A stretch of DNA of 64,000 nucleotides from Lepidodermella squamata. Taxonomy: Eukaryota; Animalia; Gastrotricha. The position numbers and the translations under genes are program-made. Positions 1 to 11,819 of this stretch are shown here, in pieces. The notes beneath the pieces were generated by a model. That model was not told where the DNA came from. It did not search any database and worked only from the letters and a program-made list of their open reading frames with translations. Location of the stretch: NCBI GenBank assembly GCA_047495785.1, contig JBLDXI010000042.1:930001-994000 (forward strand), in the 5' to 3' direction. Position 1 is the first letter of the stretch. Every line of letters begins with the position of its first letter.

Positions 1-90
1 ATCTTGAAATAATTCCCACCACCTTAGATCACATTTATTGGAAGCAACACTCATATATATGGAGGTAAATAACAGGATGTCACATCGTTC

Positions 91-511
91 CTAAATAATC
101 AGGAGCAGTTCCCATTGTTCATTTTCGACCATTTTTCGACTTTCTGCTCGGCTCTTTAAATTTGATGAAAACAACGTTGTTTTTCGGCACCTTGGTGCCC
201 GTTCCGTCCAGGTTTTAAATCTACGGCAAATTTGGGTGGTATTGTATTGGAAGGCTGAGCAGCCTCCATCGCCTGAACAGGTTTGCATGCAGACTTGCAG
301 CTTTGCGGCTCTTGTTTCTTTCACCGGCGATTCCTTGCACAAGTAGTGGACTTGCCTGTAACCAGGGTAGTAAGAATCACCAACTAGAGGAACAATCAAA
401 ATAACAAATGTCGATAGGAATGCATTAAGTTGAGACTTACACTGAGCATTTACAGCAGCGAAGCAGGATAGAACTGCGATCAGAGCAACAGCTATCAGCT
501 ATGGTCTGCAT
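91..511 (-). pseudogene. Small secreted PAN/apple-like Cys-rich protein, copy 1 (2 exons), frameshifted in the signal-peptide exon
   Basis: Exon 1 (511-441) is homologous to the signal exon at 6482-6422 but has a 7-bp tandem duplication (ATAGCTG x2) that breaks the frame. After a GTAAGT...CTAG intron, exon 2 reads GDSYYPGYRQVHYLCKE...CMQTCSGDGGCSAFQYNTTQIC, which fits the C-x3-C-x5-C-x-x-F-x-Y...C PAN pattern. Confidence 0.6.
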
Positions 512-1289
512 AGTCGGTAAGATATTCAAAGTGTAAGGGGGAATATGATATAGACCTCTTGAAGTTGCCGATATTTCGAACGACGCAATTTCAACGAATA
601 GAATGATGAACTAGCGGAAGCATTGTTCAACACTTGCGTTACTGCATTTTTCATTTTTCGATCAGCCCAGACAAATTTGAAGAAATGAAAGCTTTCAAGC
701 TGAAGTCGAACCTGAGAAGATGGCAGAAAAACACAATCGAAAGCATGGTGAGATTATGGATTCTGGAGCTCCCGAGGATAAACGAATTTCTTCGATTAAG
801 AAAAAGAGCCCAAAATGGCGAGAAAACTTTGGCGATAAGTATATGTGCTGGGAACAAAATGCATTTGCTGATTGTTACCAGGCTCGGAATAATTCACCCG
901 AATTTGCTGAGCAGACGATTTCTTGGTAGTTACCTCGTTTCATATGGACGCCGCCATTTACAAAGTCAGTCAAAGATCAAAGAACTTCTCAATTTTGACG
1001 CCGAGGTGATAGGAATCATGGGTTCATCTAGCCTTTTGAAATGGGGTAAAATGGACCTCTGAAGCTAAAAAATAGCCAACACGCTCGAAATTTGGGGATG
1101 GGTAGCAAAATCTTTAGGATTTTCCACAAAAAGGGTCTAAAGTCTTGCCTTGCCTTGCCAAAAAGACGGCTTTTCCAGACGTTACTCGTTACTCCGATGT
1201 TGGTTGTTGCATTCGGTCCGAATGGTTGTTACATTGTGTAACATGCTGTACCTAATTGATTTTCTGGAAACGCTTGTTAATAGTTGCTT

Positions 1290-1595
1290 TCATTCGTTTT
1301 CCATCATTGTTGTGAGGCTGTTAAAAATTCGCTGACTGGCAAAGGCTTCATCCATTGCTACAACCCCCTCTCCGTCCTCTCACCGTTTTGCTCTCAGTTG
1401 ATGCTTATTTACCCATTGGCTAGACGTGTTTTGAAAATTTTCTCTAAGGATGTACTGCACCGCCGTAGTCAGTCTGGGTTCACGACAGCTGATATCATTC
1501 GTGAACCCGTTTTCAGGGCTCGCAGCGCTACCAGCTCATTTCATCTTTTTTCATTTCGACATTAACTTACCGAATTCGCAGGTCATAGCCACTTT
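1290..1595 (+). promoter_or_regulatory. Conserved upstream module, probably a relic PAN-gene promoter/5'UTR, upstream of peptide gene 1
   Basis: Homologous to 9240-9545 (+) and to 6490-6790 (-, directly 5' of the PAN-2 ATG). Contains ACAGCTGAT(A)TCATTCG(C/T)GAACC. Bases 1566-1595 resemble the PAN-1 start region with the ATG destroyed. Confidence 0.55.
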
Positions 1596-1853
1596 AACTT
1601 CACGCCTCCTATTAACATTTTCTATGTCGATTACACTTCCGAGGAATACTGAGGAAAGAAAATGCCCCAGTCTGATCGAAGTCGGTGTGTGAAGCTTACG
1701 GTAATGCTATGGATCTTTCACATTTTCTTGACTGGACCTCTCTAGTATAGTTTATTGTGTGTGTACAGCAGTGCGAATACAGGAACTGGCTAACTATTCT
1801 TTCATTTTCAACTAGATATTAAACGTTGATAATTTTGGTTGAATTTCAAAATC

Positions 1854-2475
1854 ATGATTAAGCTAGCTCTACTCATCGTTGTAATGGTAACATTGATAAA
1901 GATTCACTTTTATCTTTGTTCATCTCATTGCTTTTCAGGCTATCGTTGCTAAGGATGCCCTGGCAGAGACTAGAACCGTTGGTCAGCCATGCAAAACTAG
2001 ACGTGGCTCCGGAACCTACCAGCAAATTGGGGCAGGGTTAATAGCCTGCAAGCTACCTGATACAGGGCGTGAAGATGCCGGTTTGGAGGAAGCTTCACGC
2101 GAAAAGATCGTTGGTCAGCCGTGCAAAAGTAAACGTGGCTCCGGAATCTACCACAAAATCGGGAAAGGTCCAATTTTCTGCCATGTATCTGAAAGGGGGC
2201 GCGAAGATGCTGGTTTGGAGGAAGCTTCACGCGAAAAGATCGTTGGTCAGCCGTGCAAAAGTAAACGTGGCTCCGGAATCTACCACAAAATCGGGAAAGG
2301 TCCAATTTTCTGCCATGTATCTGAAAGGGGGCGCGAAGATGCTGTTTTGGAGGAAGCTTCACGCGAAAAGATCGTTGGTCAGCCGTGCAAAAGTAAACGT
2401 GGCTCCGGAATCTACCACAAAATCGGGAAAGGTCCAATTTTCTGCCATGTATCTGAAAGGGGGCGGAGGGCGTGA
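1854..2475 (+). CDS. Secreted multi-peptide precursor 1: signal + 4 C-x18-C cationic peptides with acidic EDAGLEEASR spacers
   Basis: Exon 1 1854-1886 (MIKLALLIVVM), 52-bp GTAAC..TTTCAG intron, exon 2 1939-2475: AIVAKDALAETR-TVGQPCKTRRGSGTYQQIGAGLIACKLPDTGR-[EDA(G/V)LEEASR-EKIVGQPCKSKRGSGIYHKIGKGPIFCHVSERGR]x3. AATAAA at ~2589. Two paralogs have the same exon structure. Confidence 0.85.
2068..2465 (+). repeat. Three near-identical 132-bp (44-codon) coding tandem repeats
   Basis: Units in register at 2083, 2215 and 2347 differ by only a few bases. Confidence 0.95.
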
Positions 2476-2773
2476 AGTAACCGTCCTCAAGGCGTGAAAA
2501 AGTGAGATGATGAGAAGATGTTCCTTTGTAAACTGCAAGCAGTCTACACACGTAGCAAAGCTATGATACGTACATTTCGTGATTGATGAATAAAAAGCTA
2601 CGTTATTGAAGATTCGTTCCATCGGTGAAAAAAAAATTGTTGATAGGTCACCACGATAACATGAATTAATAAATTTATCGTTACTAAATCATGTTAAGGC
2701 GGCTGACTGATTCGCAAAATCGATTCTTGGAATTGATATCGGCTCGGTAATATTAACTTAATAATATTAAGTA

Positions 2774-4739
2774 CCGTATTTCTCGAAAATTTACCGCGGG
2801 CTATATTTATGAACAAATGATTTTTGATTCGGGTTGTATTAGGGAGTGGGGATATATACGGGTGTGCTGTTTAATTGCGAATCATCACAAAAAGCCGCGA
2901 GCAATTCGTATTAAGACGACGTTTTTAGATTGTTTTATTTGTCGATTCAGTGAAAAAGTGAAAAAGTTAACAATTTTTTGATCAACCAACAAAATCAATT
3001 ATCAATAAAAAAAAAGTCAGGTTCACTTTCGTCATCGTTGAAATCATCCAGGCTGATGACTTGATCGAACGTGTCGTTTGATGCCATCTTCGAAGCCAGT
3101 AGCTCTCGGCCAGCAGCGCACGGCTTTCCATCCTTGAAGCACGAGATCTGATCATCCTCGGAACCATCGAGTGCGTTGGCGATTCCGCAGAAGTAAAACG
3201 ACCGACGGACAAGACTGGTGGGCAGAGCATCCCAAGAAGCCAGAATCCACTCGCAGATGAGCGGGAGAGGAGGCGCTTTCGGGTTGCCGCCTTTGGTCAC
3301 GTCCTGTGCAGCTGGACTTGAAAGCCAGTCCGTGTAGAGTTGTCGCATGTGAGCTTTGAAAGGCTGGTTCCAGCAGAGGTCAGCTGGTTGGACAAATTTC
3401 GTACAGCCGCCTGGAACGATGGCGAGGTCGAGCTTCATGCCAGCGCACTTCTTCTTGGTAGCCTCGCTGATGTGACTTCTGAACGAATCCCAAACCATGA
3501 GACGCCGATTTCCGAAGACATCTCGCCCGACAAAAGTGAGGCTGTCATTCATCCAAACAGTCCCTGATGAAATTCAAAAGATTAAAATTTTCATTGATCT
3601 CCAGAACTTACCCTTGCAAGCGATGACCATCTTTGAATTGAAACGTTCCAGCTCTTTTACCGGTCGCTTCCGGTTAAGAAGAACAAACGGTTTCAGCTTT
3701 GTGCCGTCAGAACGAGCAGTGAGCATTACCGTAATGCGTGACTTGTCGTGCCCAGTAGTGATCACAGAGACCTCCTTGCTACCAGTTCGCTCGATCGTAG
3801 TACCAGATGGCCAGTCCATCCATACAGCTGTTTCGTCTGCTGCCACGATGTTTTGCGGCAAGTAACGATGGTTGATTCGGATTTGCCGAATGTAGAGAAC
3901 AAACTTGACCAGCTTATCGATGTACGATTCCGGGACTTTCTGGCATTGAGTAGTTCGCCTTCTTAAACAGAAATCGTACCGTTTGAGGAAACGATCGAGC
4001 CATCCGTTGCTGCCTTTGAATGATGGATCGAGCTGTTTTGCTTTCAGCAAAATGCTGCGCCTTGAGACGGGACGGCGGGCGAGGCGTTGCTCGGTTATCC
4101 ATTCTTCCATAACCTGATCGAGGTTAGGGTAGGCCAGCGGTCGACCGGCGCCAAGGAGACGATGACGCTTTTCCATGCCAGCGAACTGTAGAATCAGCAG
4201 CTGTTGGTGATGTTGTAGCCATTCCTTGACGCATCGACGATCGACCTTGAAGACTCTCGAGGCATCGTTTGCTGAGATTGCTTTTGCATGATCAGCCACG
4301 CGAATTTTGTATGCGAGGGAATACTTGCGGTGCCGCTTTCGCTTGTCTTCTTCGGACACCTGGACGGAATCTTGAAGACGATCAGGAGAGCCAGCCATCA
4401 TCGATTCCAGAAGGTTAAAACGATTAAGAAGGATATGAAAATGTTAAAATAAAACTCTGTGTCTCAGCTAGTGAATGCTGAATGGGCATTTTCTGCTGGC
4501 TTATGAATGGTGCCAAGATCAGACGTTGCGAAGCTGCTTACGCGATAGCTAATCACTGATTACGATAATGCGTCATTAATAAGGCTTTTCTTTTGTTCCA
4601 ACGCATGCTTCGCCCAAATTAAAATAGCTGTGGTACAATTTCGAGGCCTGGGTTAAATATGAACAAACGATTTTTTCGTCGGGTTGTATTAGGGAGCGGG
4701 GATATATACAGGTGTGTCGTATATTTTCGAGAAATACGG
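2774..4739 (-). mobile_element. Complete pogo-family (Tc1/mariner superfamily) DNA transposon
   Basis: Terminal inverted repeats (TIRs) CCGTATTTCTCGAAAAT at 2774 and 4739, each flanked by TA. A ~60-bp subterminal direct repeat lies at ~2808 and ~4658. The element encloses a transposase gene. Confidence 0.92.
2995..4401 (-). CDS. Pogo transposase (Brinker-like DBD, CENP-B HTH, DDE_1), 2 exons, apparently intact, ~450 aa
   Basis: ORFs 4401-3612 and 3563-2995 are joined in frame by a 48-bp GTAAG..CAG intron (ACKG|TVWMND). Motifs: KYSLAYK, FKGSNGWLDRFLKR, ADET, VWDSFRSH, VQPADLCWNQPFK. Confidence 0.9.
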
Positions 4740-4742
4740 TAT

Positions 4743-5225
4743 CCGTAAAATCCAAAATTAGAGCGCAGGGCCTTATATTTTCAAATCAACTGAAAACTGA
4801 GGGCTTAATTCAGAAGAGGCCCAATCGTAGGCTGGGGTTTTATTTATTCAAATGCTCAAAGACTCCAATGCTAAAATGAAAATTAGCAAAAATGTAACAA
4901 ATTGAAAATGTGAGGTAGACAAAAAAGGTAAAACTGAACATTGTTAGCTGTTTCGTTCTCGGATAATCATGAAAAATGATTTCATTAGGGGGTTCTTTAT
5001 ACACGATTCGATCATCTTTCACCAGCGATTATTATAATATTTTCAATCACACAGTTGGAACGCAATTTAAAATTATTGGTCAAGCGAGGCAAACTAAAGC
5101 TTTATTTGCACCCTGCGGTACTAAAATACGCCTGGGGACTTATTCGCTCAATCATCGTGAAGACTGAGGGCTTAAACCGGGAGAGGTTTTATTACAGACC
5201 TGTGGTCTTATTTCGGATTTTACGG
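4743..5225. mobile_element. Non-autonomous pogo-like MITE abutting the pogo element
   Basis: TIRs CCGTAAAATCC(A/G)AAAT; the internal motif ACTGAGGGCTTAA occurs near both ends. Confidence 0.6.
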
Positions 5226-6097
5226 AAATTCGTAAACTCATGGCAACTCATTATTGCGCGAAATATGCGTAATATGGAAGTCTATCTGTTAGGCATGATA
5301 ACAACAAATTTGACATTCCAGTGAAGACTAGAAACTCAAAATCATATATAGAGGGATTTTAGAGCTGGAGTCTCAAATTTAGCGCTGGAACTCGCTGAAT
5401 ATTAGGAAGAACATGCTTTGTATGTGGTCGGCTTCTCTATCAGAATGGCTGTTTACTCAGTTGCTACATCTTTTGTCGATGTTGCTTCGCCATGAATGCA
5501 AAATACTATGGAGTAAGAAGCCTGGTAAAGATAAGGTCGACTATGGAACCGAATTGAATCGCCTCAAAATCGGCTTCTTAGCAGCCCCAGGATTCATGAT
5601 CGCACAGCGATGCCCATCGTTAGTTTGCGATCTTGAATCAATGAGCTGCTAGGGGTGGTAACAATGTTTTCGCTGTATTTGCAAAGTTACTAAATTTCAG
5701 CTAAAAACAACCGAAGCGAGGAAATATTGAGGATTTTCCACCAAAAGACGCTCCCATTCGCGAAATAGCTGGATAAATTTTCATCTTTTTGTCCGAGCTA
5801 GGGAGGGATGATATCCATCCCCTTCTAAAAGTCGCACATATTATAGTCGGTGCAAGATGCTTCATTTCCTCTCATCTCCCGATCTCACATCACAAATAAA
5901 TACGTTCTTTCTTTCCTAATTGATCCCTTGAGTGGGCCCAGGTAAAAATGTTGGGAACGCAAATCCTGGAATCAGTAAACGAAACGAAAAGAACTTCCCA
6001 CCACCTTGAAACACTTTTATTTGACAGAAATATAGATCGATATATTGTAATTAACGTAATAGGATATAGCTATCAGTATGCTTAATGCTTAATGTTA

Positions 6098-6482
6098 TTA
6101 ACAGTTATGCTTCCCCGACTTTGTAACTGCCTTAGGGTAAATGAAGGTATTTTTCGGCAGTGCGGTCTTCGTGCGGGTGCATTTTGCATAATGGTAGCAC
6201 TCGCCTTTAATCATTTGAATCCCGCCACAACCCCTTGCAGTGCACAGTTGAAGGCATTGTTGGTTTGTTCCCCTGTTATTTTTACCCTCTTTCACCAAAT
6301 ATGGCTTTTCCTGGCATGCGACGCTGATGCGATCGTATCCAATAAAGCCAGAGTCTCCGGATACGCCTGAGTGCGAGAAATAATTAAAATGTTGTAGTGG
6401 GAATTAAGAATTAAGACTTACATGCATCTACAGCAGCGAAGCAGGATAGGACTGCGATCATAGAAACAGCTAAGATCTGCAT
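6098..6482 (-). CDS. Small secreted PAN/apple-like Cys-rich protein, copy 2 (2 exons, intact, ~110 aa)
   Basis: Exon 1 MQILAVSMIAVLSCFAAVDA, phase-1 GTAAGT..CTCAG intron, exon 2 CVSGDSGFIGYDRISVACQEKPYLVKEGKNNRGTNQQCLQLCTARGCGGIQMIKGECYHYAKCTR...HNC*. Paralog of 91-511. The PAN fold is inferred from Cys spacing only. Confidence 0.7.
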
Positions 6483-7076
6483 AGTCAGTTATAAGATACT
6501 CGAAGTGAAAGTTGAAATTAAAAGTGATGAAATGAGCTGGTAGCTCTACGGGCCCTGAAAACGGGTTCGCGAATGATTTCAGCTGTCGCGAACCCAGACA
6601 GACGCGATGTTTCACGCACCGTCATCTTAGCTTGCCAAAATACAAAAAACCAGCTAACCTCTATGCTAAATGAGCAGCAGCGGCAGCGGCGGTTCTCATC
6701 ATTTTAGAAAAATAGAAGAAAGCCTAGCCGCTTGGCAAACAAGCACCCTTAACTGAGGGGGAGAAGGAGGGGAGCGATTAGCACCGGGGAAGAATTAATG
6801 AATATTACAAAAACTAAAATAAATGTGAGTCTTAGATAACTTCTTGCATCAGCAAGATAATCAGGTAATTTAAAATTTTAAGAAACTCATTACCATTTCA
6901 CAGCCGAATTTTCTACCTTTGGAAAAATAGTTGGCAGCATTTGAAGATTTTTTTGTCGACAGAAAGTGACAGAAATTGATACGCAAGTCAATGAGACCAC
7001 ACTAGTAATTTTTGCTTGACTGGATTATCATTAATTTCAAGAATTCAATTTCACAACTCGGTTACCAATACTAGAT

Positions 7077-7772
7077 CAGCGGTTCCCAAACTTTTAGTCT
7101 CGTATGACACAGCAGTGTCCTATGAGAATGGCTCGTAGGACACCTTGGTGTAATAACAGATATTTGGATGGGATTTGATGCAATTTTTTGAGCTAAAATT
7201 GACTGCTTCTTCCAATTGCTTTTTGATGGCAACCGAGCTCAAAATTCATAAAATCCTGGGTGAAATTCAAACTTAACGCGAGCGAAGCGAGGAATTTTTT
7301 CGAATTCGACACTGAGAAACGACGTATACATCTTAAAAATAATGAGGCAATGCCTCGGGTTTTATCCCAGAAATTCACTCATTAATGATGAAATTTCAAT
7401 TAATAATGTCGGAAAGAGCAATCTGTAACGCGCTTAACAAGGGACATAGATAGGTTAGTTTCAAAAATTGATTCGATCTTTTATCGTCTCAGAGATTTGG
7501 CCATTCCAAGCGGAAAGCATCGGTTCCCGTTCTATCGGAGGTTTCCACAAAATATTTCATTAATAGGGAACTCGCGAGCGAAGCGAGCTTTCGCTGACGG
7601 TTTTTCGTCGATTTTGAGTCTGAAAATGGTACAAAAATGCCTTGTTTCTTAGTGTGGATCTAGTTTCGTCCTTTTGTCATTTTGAGGCCCATAGGACACC
7701 AGTGTCCTACAGGACACTTGAAAGTTGGCTTGGTACACGAGTGTCCTATAGGACACGGTTTGGGAAACGCTG
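7077..7772. mobile_element. hAT (Charlie/MER-type) non-autonomous element
   Basis: TIR CAGCG(G/T)TTCCCAAAC, perfect 8-bp TSD TACTAGAT, and internal GTGTCCTA/TAGGACAC repeats. Confidence 0.88.
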
Positions 7773-8701
7773 TACTAGATTGACTATAGTTTCAAAGCGG
7801 TGAGATAGTGGTATGATTGTTCAACAATCTTGTGACCAGCTTTGGAAAGTATACTGCTCGAAAGGGCGAACTACAATTGTTCAAACTGAAATTACATTGC
7901 ACATCCAATGTCAAAATTCCCAAATCGTCCCCATGGCCGCGAAAAAATTAATCGCTGCTCTTAAGGAAGTCTTGAGCAGGAGACCTCGGAAAGACGGAAG
8001 CAATATAATCGAAATTTCCGAAAAAACTGTTAATTGGGCATTGACTACTTTAACTTTAGAGCGAGATGAATGGCGTAAAATAGATAATTCGAATTTGAAT
8101 TTGATTTTGCATTTATAACACCAGCAATATATTTTTCGCTGTGAGCTGTGGGAGTGGGTTGAATAAATTTTGGTTTGCTTTGCTTTTTTCTTCCTCAAAA
8201 TCTGAATGGGTCAGACGATCGCTCGGAAGAGAATACACCTTTAAATTTCAATGACTCTAGTTGACTTTATCCTACCAGACTGCATTCTATAGTATTTTTC
8301 ATTCTTAGCTGACGAAAATCGACAAAAGACGTAGCAGCTGAGTAAGCAACTACTTCGTAATATAAAGGCTATCTTCATGGCGCCGCGCCAAAACAACTGC
8401 CTTGCTACACATATACTTTGTAATAAAAGTTTGTTCGAACCTTGATCCTGCAAAAATTGCTCGAAAATAATATTTTTTACTCCATGTATGATTTCCAAAA
8501 TTAGGATCGCATCAATAATTGGAGAGATGTATACAGAAACCTCGATTTCAGTAATTTGGCTGCCCCAGGCTGGCCCCAGGATTTCACTGAAACGCTGGTT
8601 CATCTCATTCTTTTCCTCATTCTATTGAGTCTCTTTAAACCTTTCCGGCTGACAAATCGATGAGCTCTCGGAATTCGAAAACCTCGCCCATTCGACACAT
8701 A

Positions 8702-9126
8702 CTGTATATCTACTAATTTTCGGTGGTCACTAATTTTCGGTTTGATCTTTGAATTCGGTGTTTTTGAGGAAACACCGAATTCAAAATCACCGAAAATAAA
8801 TTCGGCCAATTTATAGTTCTTTTCTACAATAAAGCTTTATCATGGTAAAGTAGGGGAAAATGTGCCAAAATTGTGTTACCTGCAATTTTAGGTAGCAAGG
8901 ATATTGGAAGCAGCAGATATTGACGCTGCTAAAGCAGTGATTATCTCCGCATGGCGTGTAAAAACACGAAATTGAAGCACTGAAATCAATTTTTAAGTGA
9001 CTAATTTCGAATTTTTTTCTCAGGATCTACTCTCAAACCGAATTCAAATCCACCGAAATTAAAAGTACAGGTCCGAAATCTCCAAAACCGAAAATTAGTG
9101 ACCACCGAAAATTAGTAGATATACAG
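8702..9126. mobile_element. Tc1/mariner-type MITE
   Basis: ~42-bp TIR CTGTATATCTACTAATTTTCGGTGGTCACTAATTTTCGGTTT with TA flanks on both sides. Confidence 0.85.
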
Positions 9127-10008
9127 TAATACAAGAAGATTGCCCAATCTGCTGTTTATTCCGGGTTTTCTTGCCTCTCCTTACTAAAATGTAACCCGCA
9201 ATTTGCCGGCAATTTTCACAGGGATTAATGCATGTTTTTCAAAGGTAGTTAGTTGTTTTCAGTCGTTTTCCATCAAATTTAGCGAGTCTGTTGAAACTTC
9301 GCTGACTGGCAGAGGCTTCATCCGTTGCTACTCCCCTTTCCCTCGCCTTCTTGCTCTCAGTTGACGGTGCTTAAGCTTATTTACCAAGTGGCTAGACGTG
9401 TTTTGTAAATTTTCTATAAGGCTGTACTGCAGCGCCGTTTTCAGTCAAGTTTCTCGACAGCTGATATCATTCGCGAACCTGTTCTCCGGGCCCGTAGCGC
9501 TACCTTCAGCTCACTTTATCAGTTTGCATTTCACTTCGAGTATGTTGCCATAGAAATTGCCCGTCCAACAGTGCAGCAGAGAACGTTACGCCATCCAACA
9601 TGATTCGCATGATTCACATGAACATCCACTCTCGAAACCCACGCCATCTTAAACACCAGCAGACACCTCAAGCTTAGGGTTAGTAAGAAAGCCTCGCCCT
9701 ACTTTGCTAATTGTCGGACGCTCAAATCCACGGCTTCATCAATGGAAACGACGAACGACGAGCTACCGATATTCGAATACCCCGCTAAATTGCTGAATCT
9801 AAACATTGAATATTTTCCCAGTCTGATCGAACTCAGGTTACGTTAATGCTGTGGATCTTTCCGATTCTCTTGACTGGACTCTCGTCAATTATCTCATTAT
9901 GTACAGCAGTTTGATTACGGCCTTCGAGTCTTCAACTCACCATAATTATTTCGTTTCCAACTAGATTTAATTTTACGTTGTCGATAATTTTTGTGGAATT
10001 TCAACATC

Positions 10009-10425
10009 ATGAAGCTGGCTCTAATTATCCTTATAGTGGTAAGATACATAACGATTCCCGTTTATATCGGTCATCAAATAATCATTGCTCTTAAGGTTAA
10101 GGCTGTCGTTGCTGAAGCAGATGATGAAGCTGATGATGACATAGGTGTATTTCTAGACAGTAGAACCGCTGGCCAGCCATGCAAAACTAAACATGGCCCC
10201 GGCGTTTACGTGAATTTGAAGGATCCTGCAACATACTGCAGGATTACTAAATTCTCGTGGAAAGCGCGAGAAGAAACCGTCTTGCAGGAAGCTTCACGCG
10301 GACCAATCGTTGGCCAGCCATGCGCAGTAGGTAAACGTGGCACCGGCATTTACGTGCAGACGCGCCCTCCAATGATCTGCAGATTACTTCAAAAAGGCCA
10401 AAAAGGGCGTGAAGAAACCGCCTGA
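10009..10425 (+). CDS. Secreted multi-peptide precursor 2 (2 C-x18-C peptides)
   Basis: Exon 1 10009-10038 (MKLALIILIV), intron to ~10101, exon 2 AVVAEADDEADDDIGVFLDSR-TAGQPCKTKHGPGVYVNLKDPATYCRITKFSWKAR-EETVLQEASR-GPIVGQPCAVGKRGTGIYVQTRPPMICRLLQKGQKGR-EETA*. The 3'UTR and AATAAA are homologous to gene 1. Confidence 0.85.
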   Translation: MKLALIILIVVRYITIPVYIGHQIIIALKVKAVVAEADDEADDDIGVFLDSRTAGQPCKTKHGPGVYVNLKDPATYCRITKFSWKAREETVLQEASRGPIVGQPCAVGKRGTGIYVQTRPPMICRLLQKGQKGREETA

Positions 10426-10536
10426 AAAAAAGACGAAATAGTGAGATGATGAGAAGAGTGGTGCAGTCTAAACTCGTAGCATCAAAGTTGTGAGACTTAT
10501 TTTTCGTGATTGATGAATAAAATTATCAATTTCAAT

Positions 10537-10759
10537 CAGGGTGCGATCTTGGATCTTGGATCCCCGAGCTGCCAGGGATGTTTTTTTTGTATTTGCCAAA
10601 ATGACTAGTTATTATGGCGAATAACCGAGCGAAGCGAGAAAATATTGGAGATTTTCAACTAAAACACGCTCTAGAACCTTTGAAAATTAACAAAACAGTG
10701 GGAAAAATTCTCGTTTTGCCGTCTGGTCCGTCCGAGCTGGTCCTGAAAGTCGCACACTG
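10537..10759. mobile_element. hAT-type MITE of the CAG(T/G)GTGCGA-terminus family
   Basis: Termini CAGGGTGCGA...TCGCACACTG with a perfect 8-bp TSD ATTTCAAT. Related copies or ends lie at ~14701-15024, 25228, 26898-27016, 42547, 54488-54515, 55121-55781 and 62507-62537. Confidence 0.8.
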
Positions 10760-11207
10760 ATTTCAATAACTTTCTGACGGTTCTTTTCGTCTTGCCGCGA
10801 AAAACATATCTTCATAAGTCGCCAAGATATTGATTCCAATTCTTTCGCGCTTAATTCGGCACCTAATTTGGCACAAAATTAGGCACTCGTTCGCACCTAG
10901 TTTGGAGTTTTGGAGTTGACATGCTTCTTTTGGCTATTCCGGATATTTCTAACAGCCTTTGAATTTTGCCCACAGAACAACCCATGCATCATCTAAGTAT
11001 ATTCAAACAATTCTTCACACGATTTTGAAGGTTTTACCTGTGTATTGTAGGATTAAAAAAACGTGAATGAACACGGGAGAGTAGATTACGAGTTTTTTAA
11101 GCATACTGTACACGAAATTCACTACAAATGGCAAGTAACATGTATTATGTAATTTTTGTGGAAACAGTAGCTCGGGCAAATTTTACAATGCGCCTTTTTA
11201 TATCCAG

Positions 11208-11780
11208 TTTTCCTTTGGCTCGTGTCCGGAGTGGACGCTGAGGATTTCGAGTGTGGCGCTTATCCGCTTCCTTTTACTCCTGAAAGCAAAGTTAACATTC
11301 ATGGAGTACAACCATGGAGGTCCCCTGGATGGTTCGTCTGTTAAGATTGGTCTCATATAATCAGAACAGGATACTTGTTAAAGGTCTTGCTGGAGATATA
11401 TTTTAAAAACGAATTATCTCTCTTTTATTGCGATGCTTCTCTCATCTCGAAGCAATGGCTGATTACGGCAGCTCATTGTGTTCGGAATTACAGAGGAACG
11501 CCAATTTTGTAAGTTTTCGTTATTTCTTCTGGGTCCTGGAATGTTCTGAACTTTCAATATTCAGGATCAAAGCTATGCTGGGACGCCACAACATCAGTCT
11601 CTGAACCTGATACTAAAATAGCGAAACATGTAAAGCCTGTTTTATATCTTAGCTAGATTACCTGAGATACCGAGGAAGCTAGATCTTGATGTTCTGCCAA
11701 TACAGCGAACGACAGCGAAACGTGCTCGGGGGACATTCCGGGCATCTACAGCAGAGTCAAGGTTCTTGATTAGATTACTG
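11208..11780 (+). pseudogene. Decayed N-terminal trypsin-like domain of a tandem protease gene
   Basis: Signal-like FLWLVSGVDA, then ECG, a frameshifted EVPWMVRL, FYCDASLISKQWLITAAHC and LGRHNISL*. TCSGD is fused directly to IPGIYSRV, so the catalytic Ser region is deleted. In-frame stops are present. Confidence 0.7.
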
Positions 11781-11819
11781 AAAGCACCGATGTTCCAAGC
11801 CTGAGAAGTACTCCTGATC

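Noticed and set aside
634-1062. 142-aa ORF
   Set aside because: No recognisable motif, no ATG start context or splice support, and no paralog in the duplicated cassette.
1997-2551. Minus-strand and alternative-frame repeat ORFs over the 132-bp repeats; possible CRISPR-like array
   Set aside because: These are shadows of the coding tandem repeat. There are no unique spacers and no cas genes, and the DNA is eukaryotic.
7813-8809. ORFs of 69-120 aa between MITEs
   Set aside because: No motif recognised and partly overlapping a MITE; possibly relics, but not supportable.
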